A stretch of 63,000 nt of DNA, counting the filler, from Sphacelaria rigidula (lineage: Eukaryota), in assembly GCA_964200075.2 (NCBI GenBank). It is 8 parts of 8 records of this genome, joined end to end, with 100 filler letters (N's around TTAATTAATTAA, not from the genome) between each part and the next. Parts side by side here need not be neighbours in the genome. Positions count along the whole stretch, not along the records: positions 7,889 to 15,676 come from CAXNAA020013456.1; positions 15,777 to 23,564 come from CAXNAA020013457.1; positions 23,665 to 31,452 come from CAXNAA020013458.1; 5 more parts are not named here. One strand, written 5' to 3'. Under the pieces are notes generated by a model. The model was not told where the DNA came from and searched no databases. It was given only the letters and a program-made list of their open reading frames with translations. Shown one piece after another: positions 11,501 through 23,915 of this stretch. The translations under genes and the position numbers were made by a program. The stretch's first letter is position 1, and each line of letters opens with the position of its first letter.

Positions 11501-14500
11501 CGGCAATTGACCGTCTCAAAATGACCGATCCACTAAGAATCCAGCCGTGTTCACAATATAGTTCTTAACCCGTACCCGTAACCCAGGTGCACAGGCGGAA
11601 AACACGGTCACTATCGAACACGCAGGCACAGGAAGGATCACAAATAAGAAGACAACAAGGAGAAAAAAAAACATAAGCATGGCAATTCGAATTGGCTTCT
11701 GGTGGTATTACACATCGTTGTCCGCATCACCCGAAAAATCGAATCAATAAAATCAAAACAAAACATGAGTAAACACTGACCTTCAGAGCCCGTGCAGTGT
11801 TTTCACGTTGGGCACGGTCGAAACGCTTCAAGAACTCCAGCACCTCTCGCATAAAATCGTCGATTCCCACCTTCTTGGGGTCTTCGCAGAACGAAGCCAC
11901 CAGTTCTTTCGCGTCGGCATCCACCTTTTTAAATCTATTTTCGCGCATCAGAGAAAAAAAAAAGAAGGTAACGTGAAAAATATAAAGCCTCGTTTGTGGA
12001 GGATACCTCTTTGCAGTGGTATATCAGAGACTGATGCCACACATGTATGAAGAACCAGCGCAAGCAGGGACAAGGTAGGAACGGTCCGGAAGGACCTGAT
12101 TACCGAGGACCCTGTAATGCCGACGTAACTAGACAACTCGAGTTGATACCAGGAGGAGCCTAATATTAGGACGGTCCAACATCCCCCGAGGTCCTGGTCG
12201 CCCCTGGCGACCACTTGTAGTCTGACCCCTTCTTGCCTACATATACAAGAAGAAACCATCGCCAGCCTCGGAGTTCCTTTGGCATCAGGACGGCAGTCTC
12301 CCCCGTACGTCTCTGACCATTCTATTGATACGCCTTCCTCGCACTTTACTGGTAATGTTTTTGTTGTCAGTCACCCAGACGCGTGATACTGTCGGACCCC
12401 TCCCCCTTCCCCCCCACACGAGCGTGGTCCGGCGAAAACCCAGCGTACCCCGTCCCCGCTTTGTAGGGATGCGATGTCAATGGCCATGTGACTACGGCAT
12501 GCAAGGTCATGAGTACACCTCCCGTCCCTCGCACAAGTAAACAAGGACACCATTGAACATCACAGGCAACCGACCACACCACAGAAGAAGAAAAAACAAG
12601 CGGATGAAGAAGGAATGGAGGATGATACATGTGACGACAGAGATGATCATGTGCATCCGACACTTTTATATTTCCGAGGGAGCTGATAATAACTCCCTAG
12701 ACACCCACTTTCCCTGGATATGACCTCCTGTGGAGAGTAAGTTTCTGACGTCGATCCCGTCAACGAATTCCATAAACGTATTCTCCCATTTTCACCAGGT
12801 CATTTGTCAGTCGATGGGTTCCACCTGGAGGGGTGACCCACTCTCGACGACAAGTGACGTGTGTGTGGGCCCGCCCCACACGTACTAAAAAAAACGTAGA
12901 ATGAACGACACGGCATATATCGCAGCGAGCTGTCCGTGGATACATATGCGTTGTCCTTCAAGCCTCCTGCGTCCGTTCACTGAAGGTGTTTCGTTTTTGT
13001 ATTGAACAGCGAACATCCTCTTTTGTTGTTGTTGTTGTCGCATTTTTGGAATTCTCGAATAATTTCTAAAAGTTTTACTCCGAAATTTCCCCGCAATTAC
13101 CCAAGCCCATCGCGTGCACGACCCCTCCTCCTCCCTTGCCCTCTGCAGGAGTAGGAGGGGTGCTCCGTCTCGGAAGGGATGCGGTGGTGAATGATCAAAC
13201 AACTCAAGCAAGCAATGAATGAGTGTGTGCTCCCTCCCCCTTGATGGACCATAAAACTGATCACATACTAAACTCTATGCCCTATCAGGCAGCGTCGGAG
13301 GCGGGGTACCCCCTATTAATGTGTGTGTGGCGTGGGTAGCATACGATCAACATACACCCCTGATACGGAGGTGCAGGAATGTAAACAATAACTAAAAAAT
13401 AAGAATACATATAAAAGAATAAAATAAAAAAGTGAAAGAAATAAAAAATGGATAACGGTCAAGTCGAACCAGGGCTCCAATCAGTGTCGTTAGGGAGGGC
13501 TTGGTGAAGTCATACTCTAGTAATGTTTGTGCGAAAAAGTAACCCGTTACACATGGTCATGTAGAAATGCCGATGAGTTGTGTACTAAGCTACTCAACTG
13601 TCTGTGTTTAACTGATGGATAAAAATCAAGAATGGGTGGGCAGCGTCTATCTCGAGATCTGTAATCATATTTTGGATACATAAAAGCCACGAGGCGTACA
13701 GTTTTAACAAAGGAACGAGAAGGAGGCCACTGACTAACAGGATAAAAAACTGCAAAACAGTTATCGATACATTACTCTGGCGGAGTTCATAAACACTGTA
13801 GCTGCGGCGTCTGTCTCCTCGCCTGAGAACCTCCCCCCCTCCCCCGCAATCACTGGTCTTATGCCTGTGGCATGCATGATCATGAGTACACCCCCCTCCC
13901 CGTCACACTTTCAACCCCTCTCACTCCTCGCGACGAGCCCGTGGTCTCAAGGTATCAAGCTCTATCTCCTTCGGTACACGCCTCAGATCTTGGTATCGCA
14001 GAATTGGATCATGACCATCAGCACTTCCGCACCGCGTGGACTCTCATCAATCACTTTACTTGCTACTCACGCCCTCAAGTAAGAAACGGGCAAATGCCAG
14101 ATACTTTCTTGACAACAAAAGAGAGACAGATACATCTGCCGGCAGTCAAACAGACACCCTTCCGGACCAACTGGTTTCAGTCGAACCGTTTCAAGGTCTA
14201 GACCACCGGGGCGAGGCGACATCACGCTTAAAGCAGTATATTCGATATGTGGCGAACAAATAAGTTCCGTCTTCCTCGCACGTGTGCGGCGGGGGGAAAG
14301 AACTTACCGCTCCTGAAGCTTCTGGGTCGAGACCTTGCTTTCCTCTAAAAAAGGAGTCATGACCTCCACGAATCGATCACCGGGAGGTCCGGGCGACTTC
14401 TTTGCCATATCCAGCTGGAACATCCCCAAAAATAAGCAGCAGCAGCAGCGACAGCAGCAGCAGCAGAGGCCGCACACATGACCATTCCATCATATCAAAT

Positions 14501-14863
14501 ATATACTAAGCTAAGTGTGCTTCAGCCAGAATGCTCGGTTCAGTACAGATCAATTAGAACAATACTACTGCGGCCAGTCTGCAAGTACACCAGGACCGTG
14601 AAGGCGAGCGATATGATTGGCAAATCGAGAAGAAAAAAACATCCATGATAGACCGCCCCATACAATGCACCTTGTACAACCAACCCCGAAAAACCTCCAC
14701 ACAGACACATATCACGCACAACATCAATGTCACCAAAATCCAACGTCCGATGTACGCTACAGTACGCTACAGCACAGTACAGTACCTGAGAAGTGAGGAC
14801 CTTGACACCCCTATCGAGGACGTTGAAGTCCGTGGTCCACTGGGACATTGGCGTTTTTGTCGC
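8598..14863 (-). CDS. Formin, C-terminal part of FH2 plus DAD-like tail (exons 14863-14786, 14414-14308, 11934-11781, 11000-10896, 8705-8598); partial gene
   Basis: Phase-consistent GT-AG exons give ATKTPMSQWTTDFNVLDRGVKVLTSQ-LDMAKKSPGPPGDRFVEVMTPFLEE...R-FKKVDADAKELVASFCEDPKKVGIDDFMREVLEFLKRFDRAQREN...-LVDNVFGKMKQ. This matches the FH2 D(K/R)F..VM..F and F(G/C)EDP.....FF...F..A..EN motifs. Confidence 0.88.
11140..11490. repeat. Compound (CTA/CCA/GCA)n trinucleotide microsatellite in a formin intron
   Basis: Visible runs of tac, cac and agc triplets. Confidence 0.85.
12420..12530 (-). repeat. Dispersed repeat module L
   Basis: ggtccggcgaaaacccagcg...ctttgtagggatgcga...catgcaaggtcatgagtacacc matches 32975-33070. 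Confidence 0.7.
13855..14218 (-). mobile_element. tRNA-derived SINE family 2 (head at ~14218, body, poly-G, partial module L)
   Basis: Minus-strand head tcgccccggtggtctag (A-box-like). Body gacgagcccgtggtctcaagg...attggatcatgac is shared with five other copies. Confidence 0.65.
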
Positions 14864-15611
14864 CTGCGGCAAAGGCAAGACCCACCGACCAGTTAAAAGC
14901 GCAGCGAGAACGAGGATTATCAATCCGTTAGATTTTTGTGTTCGTTCATCAAACCGCTTCCCCTCCCACCCCCGTTGTTTCCTGGGAAGGGGTCCATGTT
15001 TTTCGACAGATTAATCTATGTTTCTCCCACAGCTCGTCGACATCCATCAAGACAAGTCGCTTCCTAATTCTCGTGATTAGGCCGGCCGATGAAATTCAGA
15101 ACAAAAAAAAATCGGCCGGTGAAAATTATGACTTTTCAAGTCCGACTTATGCTAATCCTACACATGCCCTTCCCTGGCGGTCAAAGGACTGCGGTGATAC
15201 GTACAGCGCAAGCAATAAATTGGCCACCTTCAACTAAGATTCCGCGTTGAAGTGGATTTGGCCCGCCTCACCTACCTACCGGAGGAGTCATGTACAGTGC
15301 AATACGATTTCTTATACCATCAGGTGGGGGCTCCGTCATGAAAAAGACCGCCTCGGAGGTGGGGGCATCGCTGTACTATATGTCGGGATTCGAGCCGACC
15401 TCTGGTATGTTTCCGTCATCGTCAGGTAGGGCGGATTATGATGGCCCATATCTCGACAGTGTTCACACACCTCGACCACCTATAAGCGCCGGCTTGAGGG
15501 AAAGACTGTCGTGGAAAACGACTGCGGTCAAAATGTAATTTCTTCGACGTCCACTGGAAGAAATCATCACTTGTGCCGTGAATTTCAAGTTTAGTCTTGT
15601 GTATCAGGGGC

Positions 15612-15676
15612 CGGTCGCCCCGGTGGCTCAGTTGGTAACCTCGAAACCTTCTGACGGTTATGTCGTGGGTTCAATT
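15612..15676 (+). mobile_element. tRNA-derived SINE family 1 head, truncated by the contig end
   Basis: ggtcgccccggtggctcagttggtaacctcgaaac...gtgggttcaatt, matching the heads at ~40930-41000 and 59400-59475. Confidence 0.75.
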
Positions 15677-16289
15677 NNNNNNNNNNNNNNNNNNNNNNNN
15701 NNNNNNNNNNNNNNNNNNNNTTAATTAATTAANNNNNNNNNNNNNNNNNNNNNNNNNNNNNNNNNNNNNNNNNNNNCCCCCCCAAATCGCGTGGTAAATG
15801 GTCATGTGACCAAGGCAAGCAACGAATGAGTACGTCCCCCCATTCTGGTCCGGCAAAAAAATTGCGGCGTGCTCCGTCCAGGCCTTGTAGGGGCGGACCC
15901 CCGATGGGTTGGCGTCGGTTGGCAATTACGCTGTAAAACACGCCACTCACTGCGTAAGCTAGGCAACCAGGTTACTGATTTGTTTTGCGCGCTTGCGTTT
16001 TTTTTTGCGGTGACCATGATGGTGGTCGAGCGAGATCATGTTGTACGCGACGGGAGAACCTAAACTCCGAGCATAGAGGTTGATTATACTACGTATTGTT
16101 TATATGGTGAGACACCCATGAGGCAGTGTGTAAGATGTGACCGTCTCTGGAAGTGGTGATACTGGAAAATGAAGCACCTCATTGTAGTCTGTCATCCCTA
16201 TGCAAGATAATCAGTACGCTTGGGGCCGAAAAATCTTAGCAGGATACAGCTCACCCATCATGCGACTCGCCAACACATCACGGCGCTTC

Positions 16290-16412
16290 GCGCTTGGTGA
16301 TTGATTGCGAGCCTGGTTCGGGGAAAACCCAGCGTGCTCTGCCCCGGCTCTGCAGGGACGCAAGGTCAATGGTCTGATGACTGTGGCAAGCAAGAGCAAG
16401 AGTACCCCCCCC

Positions 16413-16453
<41 letters not shown>

Positions 16454-16537
16454 CCCCCCCCCCCGCCACCCCCGCCCCCCCCCTGCCCCCACACNNNNNN
16501 NNNNATGGTCCGAGGGGTCTCGCCAGCAGAGCCCAAC

Positions 16538-16571
<34 letters not shown>

Positions 16572-16785
16572 ATCACCAGGGGGAGCCCGTGGTCTCAAGA
16601 GATCTTTGGATCGTGACTATCGTCAAATAAACTACCCTTGCTAGTCAAGTCCTCACTCACTGCTTCAATGACGAAACCCAGACCCTTGTGGTTGGAGAAC
16701 ACGAAATACACGTGCCGGGATTCGAACCCTCTGTGCTCCGCCCCAACAAGTCTCAGTTCTACCAGATACACCACTGGGCCGCGGA
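16290..16785 (-). mobile_element. SINE family 2-like copy: tRNA-like head (16785-16710), short body, expanded poly-G tracts, module L
   Basis: Minus strand reads gcggcccagtggtgtatctggtag...gggttcgaatcccggc. gagcccgtggtctcaag lies at ~16583 and module L at 16290-16410. Confidence 0.6.
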
Positions 16786-16860
16786 GTTTTCACTGCTATG
16801 CACTTTCATAGGTGTTCTTTCTTTACGATGCTTTACGGGGTGCCTAGCAGATGAGGTGAC

Positions 16861-19800
16861 CTGCGCCCGGCGAAAGTCGTTGCACGTGATGACGACATAT
16901 TCGTGGCTACTGAAGCGTGTACTCTTACTAAAACTCAACAAAGATCGTTGGTCAGCGACATCTTCTGCCAGAGAAGCGGAAACCTGGAGCGACCGTGTTC
17001 TCCGGCGAGGTGACCGGGGTAATATGTAAATGTAAACACACATATATATATATGTGTGTGTATACCTGACTTGAAGCTTCGGTGCACGCCGTGCCCGTTT
17101 GCATGAGTCCCGTTGAAGGATCTTCGAACTGAAGGCCCTCGCCGCACGAGCCGACGCCAGGTGGGGCTTGTCGGGAGGCGGTCACAAGCGTGTGAAGAGC
17201 ATTCCTCGCCAGTAAGTAGGCCAAGTTGTTTGTGGCGGATAAGCTGTTGCCGGGGGGGGCATGATGAAAAACGCACATCACGGTAGCGCGAAGCTTGGTC
17301 AATTATGCAGTCTGCAGGATAGATAGATAGCACACGGGAGTCTGGGGTGACCAGATCGAGAGCTGCACAAGAACGAGAATCCGCAGTGATGTTCCCGGTG
17401 CATTTCAAAAATGAGATTATTCAATCTACCTCAGCTTGAGCTGAAGTTCAATCACATCACTGGAACTGGTGTCCGCATTCGATGCGTCGGAATGAGCAGA
17501 AACCCGCACTGGCCAGCAGACTACGGAATCGTTTCTTCCCTCTGTGCATCCGCATCAGCCTTCGCTAATTTCCCCGGTGATGGGCTATCTACTCAATCCC
17601 GGGCGATGTAGCTTTGTGTTCTTCGGAAAAAGTCATGATCCACATGAGGATCACACGAAATGGCGTACTGAGCAACAATTGACTCACTTTCCTCCCGCCA
17701 CGGCCTGGCGGAACAGTCCCTCCGCTTTTGGCAGGTCCTTTGGCAGGCCAAGGCCAGCTTGGTGGCAAATACCGAGGTTCTGGCACGCTTGTGCGTTGCC
17801 CTGCCGAGAGCTGTGCCTGAACCATTTCACTGCCTCCTGCAGATCTTTTGTGACACCTCGTCCGTCGAAAAATAGGGCACCGAGGTAGTTCTGCGCACGC
17901 GGGTTGTTGGCCGACTCGGATGGAGCCGCCGCCAAACTTGAGAGGCACAGCGGGTTGACGAGGAACGTCGTGCCAAAACAGGGGGACCGGATCGGCGTGC
18001 GAATAGAGAGGGTGTGAGAAGGGCGTCCCGGGTGTGCACTTTCTACGGCAGTTGATTGGTGTATTGATACCTAAATAAATGGACCCGAAAATGAACCGCT
18101 CGGTGTAGCGCCGCGGTACGCCTGGTAATGCTACCTACCGCCACTTGAATATTTCTGAACACCCCGGACACGACACCCATGAGTTAGTTGATTATTCGAG
18201 AGATTCGCGATGACTGTACAGTATGATACCTGCGTTTGTGTGTTCGACCCTCATGATGATTCGTGCGTGGGTGACTAGACCATTTTGCGACCGCCCCCCT
18301 GAACACCACAAAAATATCAGAGAAGCGGCACAAACGTAAATGGATCATCGCACGGCGTACGGTCGTACTGTTTCCTGCCCGGATGTTTTGTCATTCATCG
18401 CGTGCAATGCTGCAAACTTTCCACGCAGCTCTGGATTGTTCCACCAATTTCAGGTCAGCCTCTCAGCCGTTGCTCTCCCCGGCCTCGCCCGTTCGCCGCT
18501 CCGCACCTGTACCATGTCCTTGCTTCATCCAGATACCCCATGGCTTCGTGCATATTACCCAGGTTTGTCATGGCGTCGGTGTGTCCCGTCTTCGCGGCCT
18601 CCAGCAGAAGCTGCATCGCCCTCTTTCTCGCGGCCATCACCTTCTCCAGCATCTGAGCCTGCTCCGACGGCAAGCTCCCCGTCTCACCGTCCTCGACCGA
18701 ATCTTCGTCTGAATCTTCTTTCTCCTCCTGCTCCTCCTCGCTCCCGTCGCGGCTTCTACGCCACCCGGGCTCATCTGACCGACTGATTGCGCCCCTGTGC
18801 TCGTCAGCAGGACTATTTCTTCCGTCCTTTCTAGCGCCGCCAACCTCCGTACGACCGCTGTCGATGCTTGCAATACCCCCACCCCCGCCCCCTGACGGAC
18901 CCAGCTCAATTGTATTGGCTTTGATCTCGGGATGTGCTGCTTCGAGCTGGTCAGCCTGACGAATGACAGAACATGACCAGCGGAGGCGAGTATGATGATG
19001 GGGAGAGGGTTCATTCGATACTTGATCTTCCGTAGGTGGAATTGACTGTAGCAATGATCCTCGGCGATGCTTAGTGCTCGGTGTAGTGGTACAATACAGC
19101 AGGTGCACACAGGAGGTACGCAGCAGGCGCACATACAAGATATGGAATAGTGGGTGAGAACCACTTCCACTACAGCAACGCGACCTCAGAGCACCCGTAA
19201 GCAAATGCACTAGTTCTATGGTACAAACTTGTTTTGTACTGCCTCCCACTCTCTGAAGGGTACTCCAGATGTGGATCGGGAACAATGAAGAGGAATGGGC
19301 GAGACACAACCGAGGAATCCTCAACAAGCGGCAGTTCGATGCATGTATAGATAACCCACCATATATCCACATCTTCCTCACTTTACTGGCCAGCTATCGG
19401 CCTCCTTGATATTTGCCATCAACGAGTGACATACCGCCTGATCTTAGAGCTATTTTTACGAAGGCCCGTGTCCGGTCGCTGATGCCAAACTATCGTGTGC
19501 GTGTACAGCCGCCACTTTGTGGTCGGCGTCAGAAAGATCACCGGAGCTTCGGCTTATGCCCTCAAGAATTACCAGCAAGCTTCTAGGGACTGCTTTCGTG
19601 ATTGTACATCACGGCAGAGCAGCCCTCCGACGAGGAGGGATGCCTATTTTCCCGCTCGAGACGAGCTCCTAAGTTTCCCCTACACCAATCGGCGAGGAAA
19701 ATGCAGCAGTGATATGCCCTCAAATCACCTGAACCAGCAGTAGGACGGCTAGATCATTTTTTGCTGGGGTGTAGCCCTCGTCGACAGCACGCTCCAGCCA

Positions 19801-22290
19801 TAATTGACACTTTTCGGGATCGACTTCTACGTACGTCCCGGCTTTGTACATCCAGGCCAGCATGTACATTGCCTCGGGGGACCCCCTTTCTGCCGCCCAG
19901 GCGTACGCCTTGTACGCTTTGCCGTGATTTGGTTTCTCGCCGCGCCCAAAGAAAAACTGTTCGGATGTTCGCAGGGGTCATGTATGGAGCGATGGGAGGA
20001 GGGGAAAGAGGGGTCGTGAACGGGGGTAGAGGTTGAACGAGCTCAAAGATCTTTGGCACGTCTGCGGTGCTGGCGGTCATAGGTTTCAAGGGAGATCGAA
20101 GTCTGTTCAGCGTTGTAGATGGCAACCGGCAGGAGAAAGCAGTGACAGATTAGCTTCCGTGAAATAGGTTATACCCGTGCTGCAGGCAAGACCATATCCC
20201 GAGAGAATATCTAAATACGACTTAAACAATTCAACGGTCACCTTGTCTCCCTCCAAGCACCTCTGCTCTAGCTGTAGTGCGGAATGTTCGCCCGTGCCCG
20301 TGTCGGTCGTGTGCGGTGTGTTAGGCCTGCGTGTGTGAAGGTCGCGTTGCTTAGTTTTCAGGGCGTAGTCGACGCAAGGTCGAGGAAACAAGAGTCATGT
20401 AATTGTTAGATTAAGATCTGTCAATTCAATCTTGAACGACTCCCACTCGCCGATGGAGACACTAGGGCGAGTAGCGGTGAGGACTTATGATTAACGGCAT
20501 CACTAGCGACAGTTAGTGGCATCATGTCATCATGCGAGGAGGTCATCGTGGGCCTCGGTAGGTCGTGGTTCGGGTGCACCTCTGCCAGGCGTTCTGGTGT
20601 CACTTCCAGTTGCTCACTACACGGCTGTTCAAGGTTCACGGCGCCCGATCAATTATCTTTCTGCCTAGTTTCATCACGTCACTCTTCATGATAAATGTAG
20701 ACACTACATGCGTCGTGGAAACACAAGCGACTCAAGGACCTGCTGCAGTAGGCAACGAAATGTGGTTGCTGAGCAGGAACATCATTGGTTTTGAAACCGT
20801 CAAACCGATGCATTTTTCAGGGCGGGTATGGGTAAGGCTCAAAACACACACAAGCAGAAAGCAGGCTACAGCGGACATCCCTCAGCACCCCCATGCTACT
20901 GCTGTAGGGCGAGATTGGACATGAAACGACTGCTGCAGGGTATCTCAAGCGAGGACACGGTACAATTGTGGGGTTGCCAACTCGTTACCCTTTTCGATTA
21001 TTTTCTAACCAGGATGATAATGAGATACCGACAGACCTACTCCGACAGCAACCTGTAGACAAAATCCACCCTAAAGCGGTTCTAATAAGAGGGGAGATTC
21101 TGCTGCTGTACGAAAGGGGCGCATTGGCGGCCATGGGAATGTGACATAACTTTCTCAATTCTTGCGTCAAAACCCACCCTATGGTATTCCCGAAAAGCTT
21201 ATATCCAGATCATTTCTTCTTGTCTAGAGGTAAAAATATGCGATACTGACATCATTGGGTCGAAAAATGCACGCAAATGACTAGAAAATTCCTATTTGGG
21301 GGGGGTGGTCCTAGGACAGCAAAAATTTCTTATTTCCTGGCGCTAGTTAAAGTACATGCCCAGCGTACTTACTCACCAACAGTGTATAAGTCGATAATAT
21401 GCCCTGATTGGCCTCGGATACACGTGTGTCAGTCTCCCGCCTGCGTGTGTTTCGGTGTGTGCGGGATTTTTTTTCCGGGACCCTACACAGGCACACTTAA
21501 GCCCTCTCTCGGAAATCGGAGGCCATGGTACGCCCCTGTGATACCCACATAGCTTATCTATCCCTTGGGGCGGTTTGTAGAAAGCCGAACACGTACGCAA
21601 CGGTCTATTCACAACCCTGCTGCTGTGTACTACTGTGCGGGTGACTGCTGCTTCACCGCCGTTTTTGGTAATATCCTGAACAACTTTAGTTTGTGGACCA
21701 AGTCAGTCCACGAGGTCTTGCGACACTGCCCTGGGGCTGTGCATCTACCGTGATTCATCTGCTGTGTCTTGTCCATGGCTCTGCTGCCGCACAATTAATG
21801 CTGCAGGACTCGAAACGCGGTTCAAAATATTTTTTCGTTTGGTTTCCACAGCACTTTAAATATAGCGCAAAAGGGATTGCTTTGCGAACCGTAACGTGGT
21901 TCGATAACAGAGCAAAGCCTCAACATACCTATCAACAATCGCCAGCGAGGTGGCAGCAAGCAGGGCGTTGGCATTTGTACCAATATCATGGACAAGAGCG
22001 CTAACTCTCTTTCCGAACCCTTTCTTTTTGCCGAACATGACGCTCGTTCTCTGGATATCGCTGAGCAACTCGAACACTGCCAACAGCGTTTCTCCCAGCC
22101 GATCCGCTGAATGTCGCACCTCTCGAGCATCGTACACCGCAAGGATCTTGTCGCGCTGGCGACCAAGGTCCATCGCGACGTCCAGAAGTTGATTTATCAT
22201 GTGTTGCCCGTCTCGCACCTTGACCAGCTTGGTCGCTTGAGATGAGGCGTAGGTTTCGAATGTCTTGCACACCTTGACCAAGTAGTCCAC
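16861..22290 (-). CDS. SEL1-like repeat protein with an upstream all-helical domain (exons 22290-21929, probably 20271-20175, then 19956-19729, 18955-18507, 17936-17688, 17243-17066, 16983-16861); partial
   Basis: SEL1 repeats AERGSPEAMYMLAWMYKAG, AKTGHTDAMTNLGNMH, NPRAQNYLGALFFDGRGVTKDLQEAVKWF, QGNAQACQNLGICHQAG and GGNLSATNNLAYLL. The last five exons are phase-consistent. Structure between 21929 and 19956 is unresolved. Confidence 0.82.
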
Positions 22291-22364
22291 CTAACGGATG
22301 GCGAGCGAATCAGTGAAGTGTTTGACTTCCGTGCAAGTGCATTGTAATGTATGGTAAGAACGAA

Positions 22365-23058
22365 CAGATTATCTTCAGAAATGAAGTTGAACATTAAAAT
22401 GAGGTTCAACTCCAAAGCAGTGCTTTCTCTGACCTAAAGCCATGTCATATCACTTTCATATGGACGACCTCATGCCCCCCGACCTCCCAGAAAATTCTGG
22501 GGGGGACTTCCCGTCTTCCCTTTCCCCGAGGGGTATGTGCGAAAGCACCATTTTCGGGCGTCCGTTCGAGCGTCCCCTTTTCATCCCGAAATCGATGCAA
22601 AAAACATATTTCGCATATACACACGCGGCCATTCGGCTTCCCCCCAAAATGCCCTGTTCTGGTAAACTTTTCGAGCTTCCAGAGGAATGGAACGCCTTTT
22701 TTGTTACTCTCGAGGGATTCAGACCTCGGAAGTCACTGGAGCATCAGATTCCCTCCAGAGGATTCGTTCATGACCGCACCTGGGGATGAAATACCCTCTA
22801 AAGGGTATCTTACCCTCGAGAGTATGAAAATCGCGATAGAGGAATGTTATGGGGATAGCCGAATGGCCGCGTGGGTACCCTTCGGGGAAACGGAAGACGG
22901 GAAGCCCTCAAGAGTAGAGTCAGGGAGGTCGGGAGGCATGAGATTGTCCATAGGAAAGTCATTATTTGTCACGACTTTAGATCTAGGAAATCATTGTTTT
23001 GAAGTTGAAACTTATGACTTCCGTTTTGCTCAACCTCATTTTCTAAAAAATATTCTCA
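22365..23058. mobile_element. ~700-bp foldback (whole-length imperfect palindrome) element, TIR family A
   Basis: Paired arms: 22365-22440/22970-23058, 22450-22535/22878-22960, 22622-22650/22843-22872 and 22703-22725/22803-22825. Confidence 0.8.
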
Positions 23059-23189
23059 ATGATGAAAAGAGGAGGTGCCTGTGATGAGCATGAATGAGCA
23101 CTGAACGATCGCGGGTAGGAAAGAGTTGGGGCGTAGACGACATATTTGTGAGTGCAAGCTGGGCCGCCCAAGATGCGACCACGAATGTT

Positions 23190-23480
23190 GAAACGCGAGT
23201 CGTGCGCTCAATTTTGGATCGTTTTGGATTAAAGTTTGACAAGATGTACAAGATGTATGTGCGAGTGCCCAACCTTTCCTCCTACGTTCTCTTTTTTTTC
23301 TTCGTGAGTTATTTGCAATTTTGTCCCAAACAAATGTTCTTAAATGTTCCGTCGCCAATAAGTCACGAAGAAAACAAAATAAAAGACGGGGGGAACGAAG
23401 GGGTGTTCGCACACACGTCCTGTACATCATGTCAAAATTTCATCGAAAACAAGTATAAATTGAGCTCAGGAATTGCGTCA
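23190..23480. repeat. Degenerate inverted repeat (arms ~23190-23272 and ~23400-23480)
   Basis: gctcaattt...tttgacaagatgtacaagatgtatgtgcga pairs with tcgcacacacgtcctgtacatcatgtcaaaa...aaattgagc. Confidence 0.6.
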
Positions 23481-23664
23481 CTCTCTCGAAATCCGGTTCC
23501 TATGTGGAGATGGAACCTCAACCAGAAGTTCGCCTTTGACTTGTCTTCTTCTACTTTCGGCTCGNNNNNNNNNNNNNNNNNNNNNNNNNNNNNNNNNNNN
23601 NNNNNNNNTTAATTAATTAANNNNNNNNNNNNNNNNNNNNNNNNNNNNNNNNNNNNNNNNNNNN

Positions 23665-23915
23665 CTTACAGCGCTGACCGAAACTACTGTTTTCCCTGAT
23701 ATCACCCCCCCTAAAAAATAAGTAGAAATGGCGGTTTCGGACAGCGCTGTAAGCTCACAGAGTCGATAAAATGCGCTGAAGAAGTATCTACGCAGTCGAG
23801 GGGCATTAGGCCACAAGAAAGTCATTGGGCATCATCGCTGAAAGCGTGGAGGAAGTACTGTTTTGAGCTCGAACCTCATTTCATTGATGAACCTCATTTT
23901 ATAGAATACTATGTT
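23665..23915. mobile_element. End of a family A TIR element abutting the Gypsy integrase
   Basis: gtcattgggcatcatcgctgaaagcgtgg...actgttttgagctcgaacctcat resembles positions 12-95. Confidence 0.7.

Noticed and set aside
12045-12345. Solo LTR candidates here and at ~8870-9145
   Set aside because: No convincing TG...CA termini with a TSD and no second copy in the window.
16301-16630. Poly-proline ORF as a formin FH1 domain
   Set aside because: It is on a different contig and the opposite strand from the formin, and is the poly-C tract of a SINE-like repeat. The same applies to 7179-7439.
16710-16785. Genuine tRNA genes here and at 40930-41000, 59400-59475, 49250-49295 and 62195-62240
   Set aside because: A/B boxes are present but no intact cloverleaf could be built, and most are attached to SINE bodies.
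19754-20125. NB-ARC/P-loop-like ORF
   Set aside because: Wrong frame. The alternative frame gives a clean SEL1 exon (19956-19729).
8598-22290. Formin-SEL1 fusion or nested gene
   Set aside because: The two genes lie on separate concatenated contigs.
22365-23915. A single 1.5-kb TIR element spanning the gap
   Set aside because: It crosses an artificial spacer, and the contig-3 copy already closes at ~23058.
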